This document shows positions 1 to 11,855 of a stretch of 64,000 nt of DNA, one piece after another. The position numbers were made by a program, and so were the translations under genes. The stretch covers positions 868,001-932,000 of the forward strand of contig CP110439.1 of assembly GCA_026914245.1 (NCBI GenBank), written 5' to 3'. The notes beneath the pieces are model-generated. The model ran no database searches, was not told the DNA's origin, and saw nothing but the letters and a program-made list of their open reading frames with translations. The stretch is from Puccinia triticina. Lineage: Eukaryota. Position 1 is the first letter of the stretch. Every line of letters begins with the position of its first letter.

Positions 1-210
1 AAAAATAGCTCTGTTTCAGGGGTTTTTTTTTCACTTGCAGGCCCAAACTGGATATGGTCCAATGTGAAAGGGGCATTTTAGAGGGTTTGAGCCACGGGGC
101 AGTGAAGGGTTCATCTTTCAGGGGACCCTGCATGGACCACCTGATCTGGGAGGTCAGCTGGCACCAGCGCTGTGTAGTGGATGAAAATGGAAACTTACAC
201 ATCCAAACAC

Positions 211-887
211 TAGAGAATCTGCCGTTGGACCCGGGGCAGGTACCCGGCACCCGCTGGCGGGTACCGCCCGCACCCTCCTCGCACCCGCGGGAGGGTGCCG
301 TGTCCGGGTACGGGTCCATGTTTTTTGGGTGAAACGGGTGCGGCACCCGAGTACCCGCCCAGGTACCCCAGCTTACCTGGATGGCGCGGGGGTTTGGTCG
401 GGGCTGGGGGTCCCAAGAGGAATCACAGCCCTCTTGATGATCGGGACAGATCCCGGTCATCAAGGGGAATCAGCCCTCTCGATGACCGGGGAAGATCCCG
501 GTCATTAAGAGGAATCAGCCCTCTCGATAACCGGGACAGACCCCGGTCATTGAGAGGAACCAACCCTCTTGACTACCGGGACATGAACCCCGGTCATCAA
601 GAGGAAACATCCCTGTCGCTGATTGGGACAGAGCCTGGTCATCGGGAGGAATCAACCCTCCCGATGACCAGGACAGAACCCGGTCATCGAGAGAATACAG
701 ACCGGGTTCTGTCCTGGTCATCGGGAGGAATCAGCCCTCTCGATGACCGGGACAGACCCCGGTCATCAAGAGGAAAGTACCGCCCGTACACCTCCGGTAC
801 ACCCGCGCAGGTGCCGGGTACGGGTGCGGGTGCCTATTTTCTTGAAAAAAAGCGGTGCAGTACCCGGGTGCCCCAGCAGATTCTCTA
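211..887. mobile_element. Non-autonomous TIR element (hAT-like MITE) with an internal 44-bp palindromic tandem array
   Basis: TIR TAGAGAATCTGC...GCAGATTCTCTA; flanking direct repeat AAACAC (205-210, 888-893); GGTACCCG/CACCCG-rich subterminal motifs like those of the hAT at 56854-60554. Confidence 0.75.
418..772. repeat. About 8 copies of a ~44-bp hairpin-forming tandem repeat
   Basis: Unit approx GAGGAATCAGCCCTCTCGATGACCGGGACAGACCCGGTCATCAA, with inverted arms GATGACCGGG/CCCGGTCATC. Confidence 0.85.
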
Positions 888-1045
888 AAACACTCCCATG
901 TAACACAACTAAACACAAAACAGCAAAAAAAGGCTGGAGCTTGATTCTTTTGTTGACTGTGTTTAGATATGTGGGAGATTCAAAACCCATCCATAGTTTG
1001 CCCGCATCATGCGGACTGACAAGCTCATGATGGGTGACGCCATTA

Positions 1046-1242
1046 GGGTGTTCAAAGTTGACTTGCATAAAATCATGACACCATAAAATCATAAAATTCT
1101 AAGCTGAAAAAAATATGTTGCACCCAAGCACTCAAATTAGAGCAACATTTCTAGAATGGTACATATGAAATCATCACTTGAAAGTTTTATAATTTTATGA
1201 TTTTATGCATTGAAAATTTTATGATTTCAACTTTGAACACCC
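1046..1242. mobile_element. Tourist/PIF-Harbinger-like MITE
   Basis: 16-bp TIR GGGTGTTCAAAGTTGA; flanks TTA / TTC (imperfect TSD). Confidence 0.65.
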
Positions 1243-1759
1243 TTCATGTATGAATGAAGCAGTTCACACAAGTTTAGGCAAGTTTAAAGTATTTTTGTGG
1301 GCTGTGTTTCTTCCTCTGTTCAATTGGCGGCTGGTTACCATTCTCAGATAAACACTGTTGACCAAAACCCTAGGCCTAATGAGGTAGAATTGGGCAACAA
1401 AGCATCTTGATTCTCCATTGCGTCTTCAGTTGCAAAAGCCAAATGAGTTGCCGCTTGATACCAGATGTCAAGCAGTCAAGTGCTTATACAGACCTCTGCG
1501 GAACAAAATAAGCTCAACGGAACAGGTCAGTGCAACCAACTCCTAGTTTCCATGGATTCACTTGGCTGTGTTGGGCAACACGGACAGCCAAGCAATCTAA
1601 TTGGAATCAAGGTCTGGACTCTGTTTCCAACAAAAAGAAAACATGGAGACTGAAAGGGGTTTGTCAATTATTCATAGAAAAATTGGAGGGCTCCTGTTTT
1701 CCTTTGCAATCTTGGTTCAAGTCTGTTCAAATGAGTTTGGAGAGAAATGCCAGGCTTTA

Positions 1760-1968
1760 GGGCCTGTACCATGGGCCTCAATTTTGAAAAATTTCAACTT
1801 TTCTTGCCCTGTACACAAAAAATGAAAACTAGTGGAGGGTTCAAATGTTGAAATTCTTCACATTTAGGCTCAAGCCTACATTTTGGCCAGGCTCAGTGTT
1901 TGTCCCCAGAAATTTTGAGGCAAATAAATTTGGAAAATTTCAATTTTCATGCCCTATGGTACAGGCCC
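1760..1968. mobile_element. Tourist/PIF-Harbinger-like MITE
   Basis: TIR GGGCCTGTACCA...TGGTACAGGCCC; TTA TSD on both sides. Confidence 0.75.
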
Positions 1969-2231
1969 TTATAGTGTTACCCTAAGGAAAAAGATATTTA
2001 TGTACATGGATATTACACAAAAGACATTCAGTGGCCAATATTCAAAATTGGGCCACATGAGATTCATGAAATGTCTTGAGGAATACATAAAGGGACTTTC
2101 TTTTTAAAAAGTGTAATTTTGCCTTTGGCATTGCACACTATTCATATGATGTTATCTACCTACAAGCATTTTTATGTTATTTTATGTTTGTAGTTTGTTT
2201 TTTCAGTACTTGTTTCTATGGGGCCAAGTTC

Positions 2232-3198
2232 TGTAGAGGATGTGGTAATCTTAACAGACAACTAATAAGTGGGTTGAAGGTTGAATGGGTGGTATGTTTG
2301 TCCAAGCACAGAAGTGGTAGCGGCCAGGGGTTGGGTCCACCCGGATTTGAACACCAGACTTGTCACTCTCTTCAAAGTGATTATACTATGTTGTTGCAGG
2401 GGAGACACTGAGCTTTTGTGGGTGATGGTTACCGCTAGGCCATCTGGACCCCTTAAAGGGACTTGGAAAAACGACTCCCATAAATTGGGAAAACAACTCC
2501 CATATGTCAGCGGGACCAAATCGTGACTGGGCCCAGATGTCAACCTAGCCCCTTTTTTGGGCTACGGTGCTGTTTGGGAGTCGTTTTCCTAAAACAGATT
2601 TTTTTTGGGAGTTGTGGCGACTAATTAGTGTTATGGTCTGTTCTGGGGAGAGGAAGATGGAGTCTGGGTCTGGGGTTCTGGGGGTTCTGGATCCAAGATG
2701 GTAGATTGCAGGATGAGGAAGAGGCTTGGATCTCCAGCCTCTCAAACCTTGAGTATGGTCCGTGACATGTAAGTGTAGTCTATGTACATGTGAGTGTGCG
2801 CTGCAGAGGCCGCGCTACGGCTCATAACATTATCCCCCCTTTAATGCCCAAGCCACCTCCTTTTCTGGTTGATCAATGAGAAATAAAAAAATAAAAAATA
2901 ACTCCTCTTTTGGCTCTGCATTCTGTCCCTGGGCACCATGAAAAAACCCAGTGGGAAAAAGCTTGCCCTCTCACTTTCTTCTCCGCGTCCTCCAAGGCCT
3001 AGCCACCACCTCCAAAAATTTTGAGTTGAAATCCGCCAATAGGTCTCCGCTGTTCTTCAGGTTTGCCTCCGGTTCCCACAAATTCTCCGCCGGTCCAAAT
3101 CCACGCCAGCTGACAAGGTATTGAGTTGTCTTCTCTCTCTGCCGGCTGTCCAGTATGCCGTTGACCTCCCACTCATCTCCACCGTTAACTGTTACCAG
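2232..3198 (-). mobile_element. 3' remnant of a chromovirus (Gypsy) LTR retrotransposon: chromodomain, PPT and 3' LTR
   Basis: ORF 2971-3201 EWEVNGILDSR...YLVSWRGFGPAENLWEPEANL is a chromodomain; PPT AAAGGGGGATA then TGTTATG LTR start at 2829 on the minus strand; distal LTR end (2232) is uncertain. Confidence 0.7.
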
Positions 3199-3629
3199 CA
3201 ATGGTGGGCCAGCTACGCTAACCGTAGCGTAGCGGAATTCCGCTAACTTTTAGCGTAGTGTTAGCAGAATTGCGCCTTCTCTGCGCTAACGCTACGCGCA
3301 AAGGGTGCGCAGCTAATTTAGCTGTTAGCGTAGATGCGCGCAATTGCGCTAACGCTACACACGCAGGGCGCAAAAGAGCGCGCGCTACGGTGCGCCACAG
3401 TGCTTTTAGCTGAAAAAAAGGCCTTTTTTTCTGCTAAAAGCGCTGTAGCGCAGCGTAGTGACTGTAGCGGCATGCTAACACTAAAAAACAATTGGCGCGC
3501 TGTTAGTGCCTCTGAAACGTAGCGCAGCGTAGCGGCGCTAATAGCGCGCTAACGCTACTCAAAATGGGCGGGCGCTTTTTGCAGCTAGGCTAACACTAAG
3601 TGGCCCTGTAGCGTAGCGGCCTACCGTTG
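3199..3629. mobile_element. MITE related to the hAT at 26241-30276
   Basis: TIR CAATGGTGGGCC...GGCCTACCGTTG; 7-bp TSD TTACCAG; dense GCTACGCTA/TAGCGTAGC motifs shared with the subtermini of the 26.2-kb hAT. Confidence 0.8.
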
Positions 3630-3948
3630 TTACCAGCTGTGCTATCTACTGGGAAAACAAGCTTGCCAGCCGTTTCAGGGAGTATGGATGAGGGTAGTCT
3701 ATTGAAATCCCATTGCGGGGGCGGTAAAGCACACACCCCCTTGTCACAAATCCTAGCTTTCCACATCATGGGCCCTTGGCCCTCTGTTGAGGATGTTTTT
3801 GGAGTGGAAAAAACTGCAGAGGCAGTTGCAATGTTGGAGGGTGCAGGTGGTCCAGTCAATTTGGTGTCCGTGTTTGCAGATCCGTGGCATCCCAAGGATG
3901 CCGTCATATGTGTCTTTCAGTTGGGTGATGATGAATTTTGATGGGCGG

Positions 3949-4832
3949 TGTGGAACTACTCAAATGGGAGAATAGAGCTGGGAAGGGAAATGTATAACTA
4001 CACTAGTACTAATGTAAGCTATACCAAGGATGCTGATATAAGAGCTGCCTTCCTGACTAATACTACTGGGGATGAGTGTAACACTAAGAAAAAGAAGAAA
4101 GGTGTGGCTTTTCTACTATGATCTTAGACTGACTAATACTATGAGCTGACTACTTGTACCTGTAGGGTATGAGGAGGAGAGGAGGAGTAGTGGGGAAAAA
4201 GATGAAAGGTGGTGTGCAAATGTGAATGATATATGCAGGGGGATATATTTCTGGTATGTGTGAAAGTGTATAAGATGTGTGAATGGCAATGTTATCTAAT
4301 GGTGTGGTGAAATGTGTACTGATGAAGGTGTATCTAATGGTGTGGTGAAAAGGTCATACAGGGTGTATGGGGTAGAAAGTGCATGTGCATGTCTCTCCCT
4401 TTTTTTGGGGATACAACATCTAGAGGGGAGTATATATGTGAGGAAATACAACAAGGGGGAAATCATGATGAGCACAATGTAACAAGGTCTGAAGATGAGC
4501 AATGATGAAATGTAATGATGAAGTGAGGTAATGATGAGCACTATGTAATGTAATGATGAAGTGAAGTAATGATGAGCACTACGTGATGTAATGATGAAGT
4601 GAAGTAATGATGAGCACTATGTAATGTAATGATGAAGTGTAAGAAGCAGGAAAATACCAATGAAACTGTATATGCTAATAAATTCTGATCCAAAGGGAAT
4701 TTCAGGGTGGTATGAGTGAGTGACTAGGGGTAAAATGAGGTGTAGAATCTGAATCTGGAATAATAATGATGGATATGTGAAGGATATGTATGATATGAGA
4801 ATGGTGATATGAGTGGGAACAGGGTTACCACA
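3949..4832 (-). repeat. 3' LTR (884 bp) containing ~38-bp tandem repeats at 4465-4640
   Basis: Direct repeat of 11856-12900; TG...CA ends; adjacent PPT. Confidence 0.85.
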
Positions 4833-6559
4833 TCCCCCCCCAAGTAAATGTCTGTCCCCAGACATCAGAGGAAAACAGGGAAATTAAGAAGAAGTAAAGT
4901 AAGGAAGTTAAAAGAAGGAAAGTAAATTGAAGAAGAAAATAAGAAGTAAGATTTTAAAGGAAACAGATAAAAGGAAAATTTAGGAGTTGAGCCAATCCAA
5001 GGAGGGAAGTACCATCCAACCAAAGATGCCAAGTCCAGGAGGTCCAAATCCAAAGAGGGAATCAAGTGTCCAACCAAGGAGGCCTATTATTCAAACAAAA
5101 ATAAGGGAAGATGGAATCCAGGTATACTATCAAGGGTCCAAGTCCAAAAGAAGAAGTCCTGATGATCCAATCCAAGGGGTCCAATGTCCAAAGAGAAGTC
5201 CAAAGTGCAGGTCCAGAAGGTTGATAAAACTAACTAATAAAATATGATATGAAAAATCTTAACACTATATATATCTAGAAGATCCACTATTATTAATATT
5301 GATACTAAACTATTTCTAAAAACTAAAGCTGAGGGATTGGTATAAAAATATCACCAGTAACACACTAGAGGTTACTACAAATGATGGAAGCTAAATGAGA
5401 AGACCCTTGCTATACTCAAAACAGTATAGACATATGGCGGGTAAACAACAAAAAAAAGCCTAGATAGTAAACTATAACTCTAGGAAGATGAGATGATGGA
5501 CATAACCTAGATAGTAAACTATCACTCTAGGAATATGAGATGATGGAAAAGACCTAGATAGTAAACTATAACTCTAGGAATCTGAGAGGATGGGGGTTCA
5601 GCTTTAGAATAGAAGGAAGTGAAGGTCTCTTTAAAAATGCCAGTGAAACTAATGATGGTCCAGAGTGGTGGGAAGTCTAAATCATAAGATAAGAGGAAGG
5701 GTATATCTAGCAACTGTCCAAGAACTCCAGAAGATCCAGTATGGCCATATAACTGTTTCTGAAAGAAACTGATGACTGATCCAAGGAAAGAATGAGGGGT
5801 CCAGATTCAGGGAATAGAAACTGAAGATGATGTTGATGTCTGAATGATGTGAAGTGATGAAAATAGTGGCTGAGTTCCTGAGGGTTCCAATATTTGATAA
5901 ATCCAGGTCCTAGTGTTTAATAAGGGGAAAAAAAAGAGAGTTGAGATGGTGTCCAAGAGTGGCTGAGTTTGTGAAGGTTCCAATATCTGATAAAGACAGG
6001 TCCAGTGTTCAAAAACAAAGAATAACAAAACTGTAGAAAAAGGGGAACTGATATGGGAAAAGATCCAGTGAGATGATGTATGAGATGTTTGATGAGGGGA
6101 TAATGGAAGTGATGATGAGCCTAATCAGAAGAGGGAAAGATGTAGGATGAAGTGATTCAGGTGGAAGAAGTAGAGGAAGGATGAGTAATTGAGGATGAGT
6201 TGATTTGTTGAAGTTCTACATATTTGTATTGAGGTGAGGTGATGTCTCTTCTGATGCTTAACCTGACTGATTTTGATATTCTAAAATGGGTATAAAAGAG
6301 GATGATTGATCTGGAAGAGGAGATGGAAGGATTTCATAGAGGAAGGAGAAAGAGATGTCTGATGAAATGGTTATCCAGGTGATGGATTTTATATGAGGTA
6401 GGAGGGTATTTTATGCCCCCTTGGGTCCATAAGCTTGTTGATTTTTCTTTGTGCTAAAAATGTGAGTATTTTCTATGAGTCCCTCCATGTGTGTAGGATG
6501 ATAGGATTTCCCCCTTCCTTTTATATTGTAGGGAATTTTTGTTGATTCTGCAGTTGTCC

Positions 6560-8061
6560 TGTCTCTAGGCGCTGATCTGTATCCATGTAGCAGGTCGCGT
6601 GCTGCGGCGAGTCCGTCGTGTAGGTCGCGCGCAATCCAATAACGCCCAAGGTAGCTATTTTCCGTAGTATAACGTCGAGAATCGCCAAAAGAAGAAAGGA
6701 AAAAAAAGAGGAAAAGAAAGAAACAAGGCAGAAACTAAACTGGGTCGAGCACCAGAGTCGAAACTGAGGTAGATAAGTGAAAAGAAAGCCAATCCGGGTC
6801 GCGCACCGGCATCAAACAGTGATAAGGGATGCTGATTTGTGTTTTATAGAAAAAATAGTCAACGGATTTGTTTAAGTTTTATATGAAAATAAAGTTGAAG
6901 GTCTGGCGCTTCGATCGAGCTAATAATCAGCCCAAAATATCGAGCGCGGAATTTTTCGGGGCGTTTGGAATGTGACAAAGTAGGTGCCTATTGAATCCAA
7001 CCAAGCAAAGATAGCAGAAATAGAAGCTAATATCTCCTGAAGTATTCGTGGTGTATTTCTAATTCTGGTATCGAATGAAAGAGGGGATCCTAGCGAACGT
7101 TTCGAGTATACAATATGTCCATAATGTTGGGTATCGAGGTGTCCTCTTGATGGATGAAGTTTGAACAACTTCTTGCTGGTAGAGAAGATGCAAATCCTAA
7201 GTAACTGCTCTGTGGCGAGCCCAATGAGAAAAATAATCCAATCTGGGTATGACGAAGGCGTTGCAGTATCTGTGAGAAAGGAATAACTTCCGGTTCGTTC
7301 GCCGGTGCCGCTAATCGTGTAGCCAACGCCACTCGTACCTAGGCTACATGAGCCCTGACGCCACCTCCTGAACCAGTTGGCCCAGGCTGCGGCGCCAGGG
7401 TGCGCCAGGTCTCATAGCCCTGGTTTCAGCCACCCGTAGTTTCTGCCCAGACCAGTTGGTCTAGTTGTACGCGCCTCATGCGCTGATGTTGTTCTTGGTT
7501 TTTGTAGTCAAAGACTCGGGTATATAAACCCTCATCTTTTCACTCTTTGTCTCTTTTCCTCAGTCATCCAGTTTCCTTCCATTGTTTTGCTTCTAGCAGC
7601 GTTTTAGCTTTTCATTTGCATTGCATTCTCCGTTCTCAAGCGCTCCGCAGCCGTAGCCCTTAGTCTTATCCCCGAGTCCTGTAGCCTTCTGGCTTCAATT
7701 GAGAGGATATGAGAAAAATACTCCACTTCGGGTCGTGCGACGGGGTAACTAGTCGAGAAAAGCTGGTGAGAATCCAAGTGTAAAAGCCTCAGGCTTGTTC
7801 CAAAAGAAGAAAAGGCTGGTTGCGAACTGCTCGCGTTCGAGTGAGAGCCCCCAATCCCTCCTGTATTTATAATTCCAAGTAGTCTGAAGGGAAACCCGTC
7901 GTTGTCCGTCCTCCTATTGCGTCCTAGCGAGTCACCTCCCTCGTCCTTCGCTAGTCCTCCTATATCTAACAAGTCAAGTGTTTCGGCGCCGCTGGATACC
8001 TTCGCGCGACTCCTTGAAACTAGAAAAGCCCTTATCTCAAGTACTGACCACCAAGTTTTAG
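6560..8061 (+). mobile_element. Probable ~1.5-kb solo LTR inserted in the CpG-poor element
   Basis: Abrupt switch to CpG-rich sequence; starts TGTCTC; flanked by GTCC(T) direct repeat; TATA-like TATATAAACCC at ~7521; 3' end is not CA. Confidence 0.55.
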
Positions 8062-10588
8062 GTCCTAATCTGTAGATTTCTGAAGTTTTCCTGTGGGTTG
8101 AAGCTGGATGAAGAGATTCAAAGATGGGGATGTGGTTTGAAAGGAGTGGGGGAACTGTTTGATGGAATGTTAAGTTGTTTTGCTGCAAAATTTCATGAAA
8201 AAGGGAAGAAGAAGCTGAGTTGTAAAATTTTTGAAATTCCAGGTTGCTGTTTCCAGAAGTTTTGTTGATGTTTGAAATGTTTCTTTTCTGATTCTGGTCC
8301 TCCCCCAAGTTAGCTGATGTCCCCAGAAGCTGACCAAAGAAAAAGTGCTTGATTCCAACTGACAGCCAACTTGGAGTAATTTTTGGAGTAGGAAAGAATG
8401 GTGGAATACTGAGAGGAGGATTGTGAGAAATATGAATAGGTTGGTCCACTGAATTGATTTCTCTTTGTGTTAGGGGAGTAAAGGCTGAACCAGTGTGATT
8501 TATGTTGGATTGAAGATTGACTTTCCAGTCCTGATTGTTGGGAGGGATAATTGGTACTAGAGAATCCTGTTCAAGTGAGTCCATGATTGATAGTGATTTC
8601 TCTGCAGCAGTGAGTTCCAATCCAGGTTGATGAGCCAGCTCCTCAGGTATGAAATTGTCCATTGATCCAGTTTCCTGTAGGGCCTGATGGGGTTTTCCAT
8701 TGATGTTGGGGGTGAAATATCCAAGGTAGCAAGAGTAGTGAGTGACCAGTTCCTGGGTTGGTTCTTGTTCTGTTTCCATGCATCCAATATTGTCTGATTT
8801 TATTTCTTCCAATGGTATCCTTTCTTCCAATCCTGGGTTTTCCTTGTCCAAAGTGTTATCCAAATAGGTTTTATCCACTGGTTTGTCCTTAGTTAAAGGG
8901 ATAGAGTCCTGTTTGCCTGAGTCCTGGAATATGTGATTGGAAGATGGGGTTTGTTGATAAACTGTATAAACTGGAGAAACTGGAGGCTGGGTAATGTTGG
9001 GTAAATCCTGGGTATGCACATCCATGGAGGCAGTTATTTCATTTTTGATCCTTTTGTCTGGTTGGGCTGATTTACTCTGATCCATATATCCTTTGTTTCT
9101 TTCTCCAAGGTCTGCCTAATAGGTGGTAAAGTGATAAGGTGAGCTAGCTTCTTCCAATAATCCCAATGAAGATGATATTTGAGCTGATTCTTTGGCAAAA
9201 TTTTCCACTACTGATAGAATAGGTCTGCTGGTGTCCCATGGAATTAAGGTCTGATCTGGAAGTCTGTAGTACTTTCCATCCTTAATGACTTGGCCTGAGT
9301 TGATATCCTGGGTGAGTCTGCTGCATCTGTTGGTTTCATAGGTATCCTGAAAGCAGTAGTAGCATCTGATGGGTCTGAATCCGGGAATGGTGTTGTCCAT
9401 GTGAGAAGGTAGGGATTTTCCAGCTGTGAGGGCAGCAAATTGTTTGGTGAGAGTATCCAATTGTTGTTGCAAGGAGTTGGCTTCAGCAGGTTTGAAAGGT
9501 TGGGCCATAGAGGGAGAAGGTTTGGCCATAGAGGGAAAAGGTTGGGCCATGGAAGGAGAAGGTTTGGGATTAATGCCAGGTAAGTTGTCCTTAGTCTGTG
9601 GGGTATCTGTCCTGTTGAGTCTCCTCCTGTTGATGACTGCTACTGATTTGACCTTCTTGTGGATGTAGGTGAGCAAAACCTCAGTACTTGGCAGAATATC
9701 CCCTCCATCCTTGGTAGAAAGCATTTGGTTGTCCCTGAAAAGTTCATCTGTAACTGCAAGTTCCAGTTCCTGACTGAGGGCTTCTAGTAAAAGGTCCCTA
9801 AATTCTTCCAGGTCAGTGCTATAGTTCATTCTTACTAGATAATGGGAGATGGTTTCAAATTTAGTCCTGAAAGTTTTGAAGTTTTCCAAGGTGCTGATTC
9901 CTCCATCCTGGGCTGTGGTTCTGACTAGATTCCTCAGGTCCTGTCTAGTGTATCTGAACAAGGGTTGAGAAGATCCAAATCTGTTAAGTAATTGTCTTTT
10001 CAGCTTTTCCCAATTTCTTTCCTCATGGCCTGACATGTCCTCTACTTCATCCTTGAGGTCTAATCCTTTGATAAAAGAGATAATCTGGGAAGCAAGCTCC
10101 TTTGAATTAGCACCATCATGTTCTCCAGCATTTTCATACCTCCTAATGAACTTTTCCACAGGCATGTTGGTTCCATCAAAGAAGAGTTCCTTGTCCATGG
10201 GCCTCATCTTAACTCCTTTGGAAGGGGGGGCCTGGTAGACTGGCATGACTGCTTACCTATCCAAAAATTGAGTGGCTGATCTGACTGATTCTGGTGCTGT
10301 TGGCCTAGTTATGTAGGTCCTGGTGGAAGGAATTCTGGGGGACTGATTCCTGGGGGTATGAATAGGGATTCCTAGGTATTCTGATTCATCTGATGTTTGG
10401 CAGTTGTTCCTGTAGGGTCCAAAGCTGGGTATAGTAGGAGGAGCCATGTTTGGAGGATTGGGGTTGTTGGGTAGAAGATTGGCAGAGTTGCTAGGGATGG
10501 GATCAACATTGGACTGGTTGGTAGGTTTTTCCACAGGAGGGTATATACTGGGGGGTATGAAGTTGATGAAGTTTCCTGACTGAGACAT
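8062..10588 (-). pseudogene. Gag-protease polyprotein with two in-frame stops
   Basis: ORFs 10588-10253, 10246-9116 and 9085 onward share one frame; GVKMRPMDKELFFDG resembles the Gag N-terminus at 34925; degenerate Zn knuckle CYYCFQDTYETNRC; protease-like ALQETGSMDNFI. Confidence 0.75.
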
Positions 10589-10839
10589 GGCTGAAGGAAG
10601 GTTGTTGAGGGTAGATGAAAGAAGGAGATTGAAATGGAAGAATTATAGCACCAGGAAAAAAAAATAGTCATTTGATGACAAGTGACATCATGCCAGCTCA
10701 AGCGGGCTACCCACCATCTACCCATCATCTACCCATCATCTACCCACCATCTACCCACCATGTAACCAGTTTAAGAATTTCCACAGGAGATCCTCAGTTT
10801 TTGCTGGGCACCACTGATCCCCATTTCTGGTCACCTGAT

Positions 10840-11520
10840 ACTCAGCTTTAGCTCCCAGCTTAAGCTCAGCTTTGGTGCCCAGCTCATGCTCAGCTTTGTT
10901 GCCCAGATCAGAACCAGCCCTGGCCCAGCTTATTTTCAGCTTTATTCCAGTCATGGCTCAGCTTAGACTCAGATTAGGACTATCATTGGCCCAGCCAATG
11001 CTCAGCTTTGGACCAGTATTGGCTCAGCTGATTTTCAGCTTTGGATAAATCTTGGCCCAGCCAATGCTCAGATTCTGAGTCTGACCACTCCTGTAACAGC
11101 TTATGCTCATCTGTGGACCAGCCTTGGCTCAGCTGATGCTCAGCTGTGGACCAGCCTTGGCTCAGCTGATGCTCAGCTGTGGAACAGCCTTGGCTCAGGT
11201 GATATTAATCTTTTGAATAGTCTCAAAACATCTGATACTCAGCTTTAGAACAGCCTTGGCTCAGCCAATGCTCAGCTTTGGACCATTGTTGGCTAAGCTG
11301 ATGCTCAGATTTGGAATATTCTTGGTCCAGCTGACACTTGGATTTGTTTCAGGCTTGGAATATCCAATGCTCAGCTGTGGCCCAGGCTCAGCCAATGCTC
11401 AGCTTTGGCCCAGGCTCAGTCAATGCCTACTGCTCAGCTGTTCCTGGGAAAAAATTAGGATCAGCTGACTGTGCCACATTGAGTGCTCTGGTGCAGTCCT
11501 GCAAGCTCTACAAGTGCTGG
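10840..11520. repeat. Degenerate ~33-bp tandem repeats in the 5' leader of the LTR element
   Basis: Recurring GCTCAGCTGATGCTCAGCTGTGGACCAGCCTTG-like units. Confidence 0.7.
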
Positions 11521-11855
11521 TGGAGCAGACTTGGAGCAGCGCTGGAGTAGCTCTGGAGCAGAAACCAAAGCTGCATCATTTCACTTGCCATCAAGTGACT
11601 ATTTTTTTTTCCTGGTGTAGGTATGTAATGAAGGAAAGTGCTGAAAGTGGAAAAGGACACTGATTTCTATTGTGTTGAGGAAATTTTTAGGGATGAAGAG
11701 GAAGGCAAAAGAGTGGTATAATAAAAGGAGAGGTAGAGAAAAGGAGAGGGATGGAGAAGAGGGAGGTATAGGAAGTAGTATGTAGCTGATGGTAAGAGTG
11801 TTACTAGGACTGAATATATCTGAGGTATAGAAAAAGCCACTGTTGGGACACCACT

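Noticed and set aside
418..772. CRISPR-like appearance of the palindromic arrays (also 31090-31426)
   Set aside because: No unique spacers, no cas genes, eukaryotic context; the units are simple tandem copies
7604..9085. 493-aa ORF as a genuine protein
   Set aside because: Chimeric: a protease remnant reading into the antisense strand of an insertion at 8061
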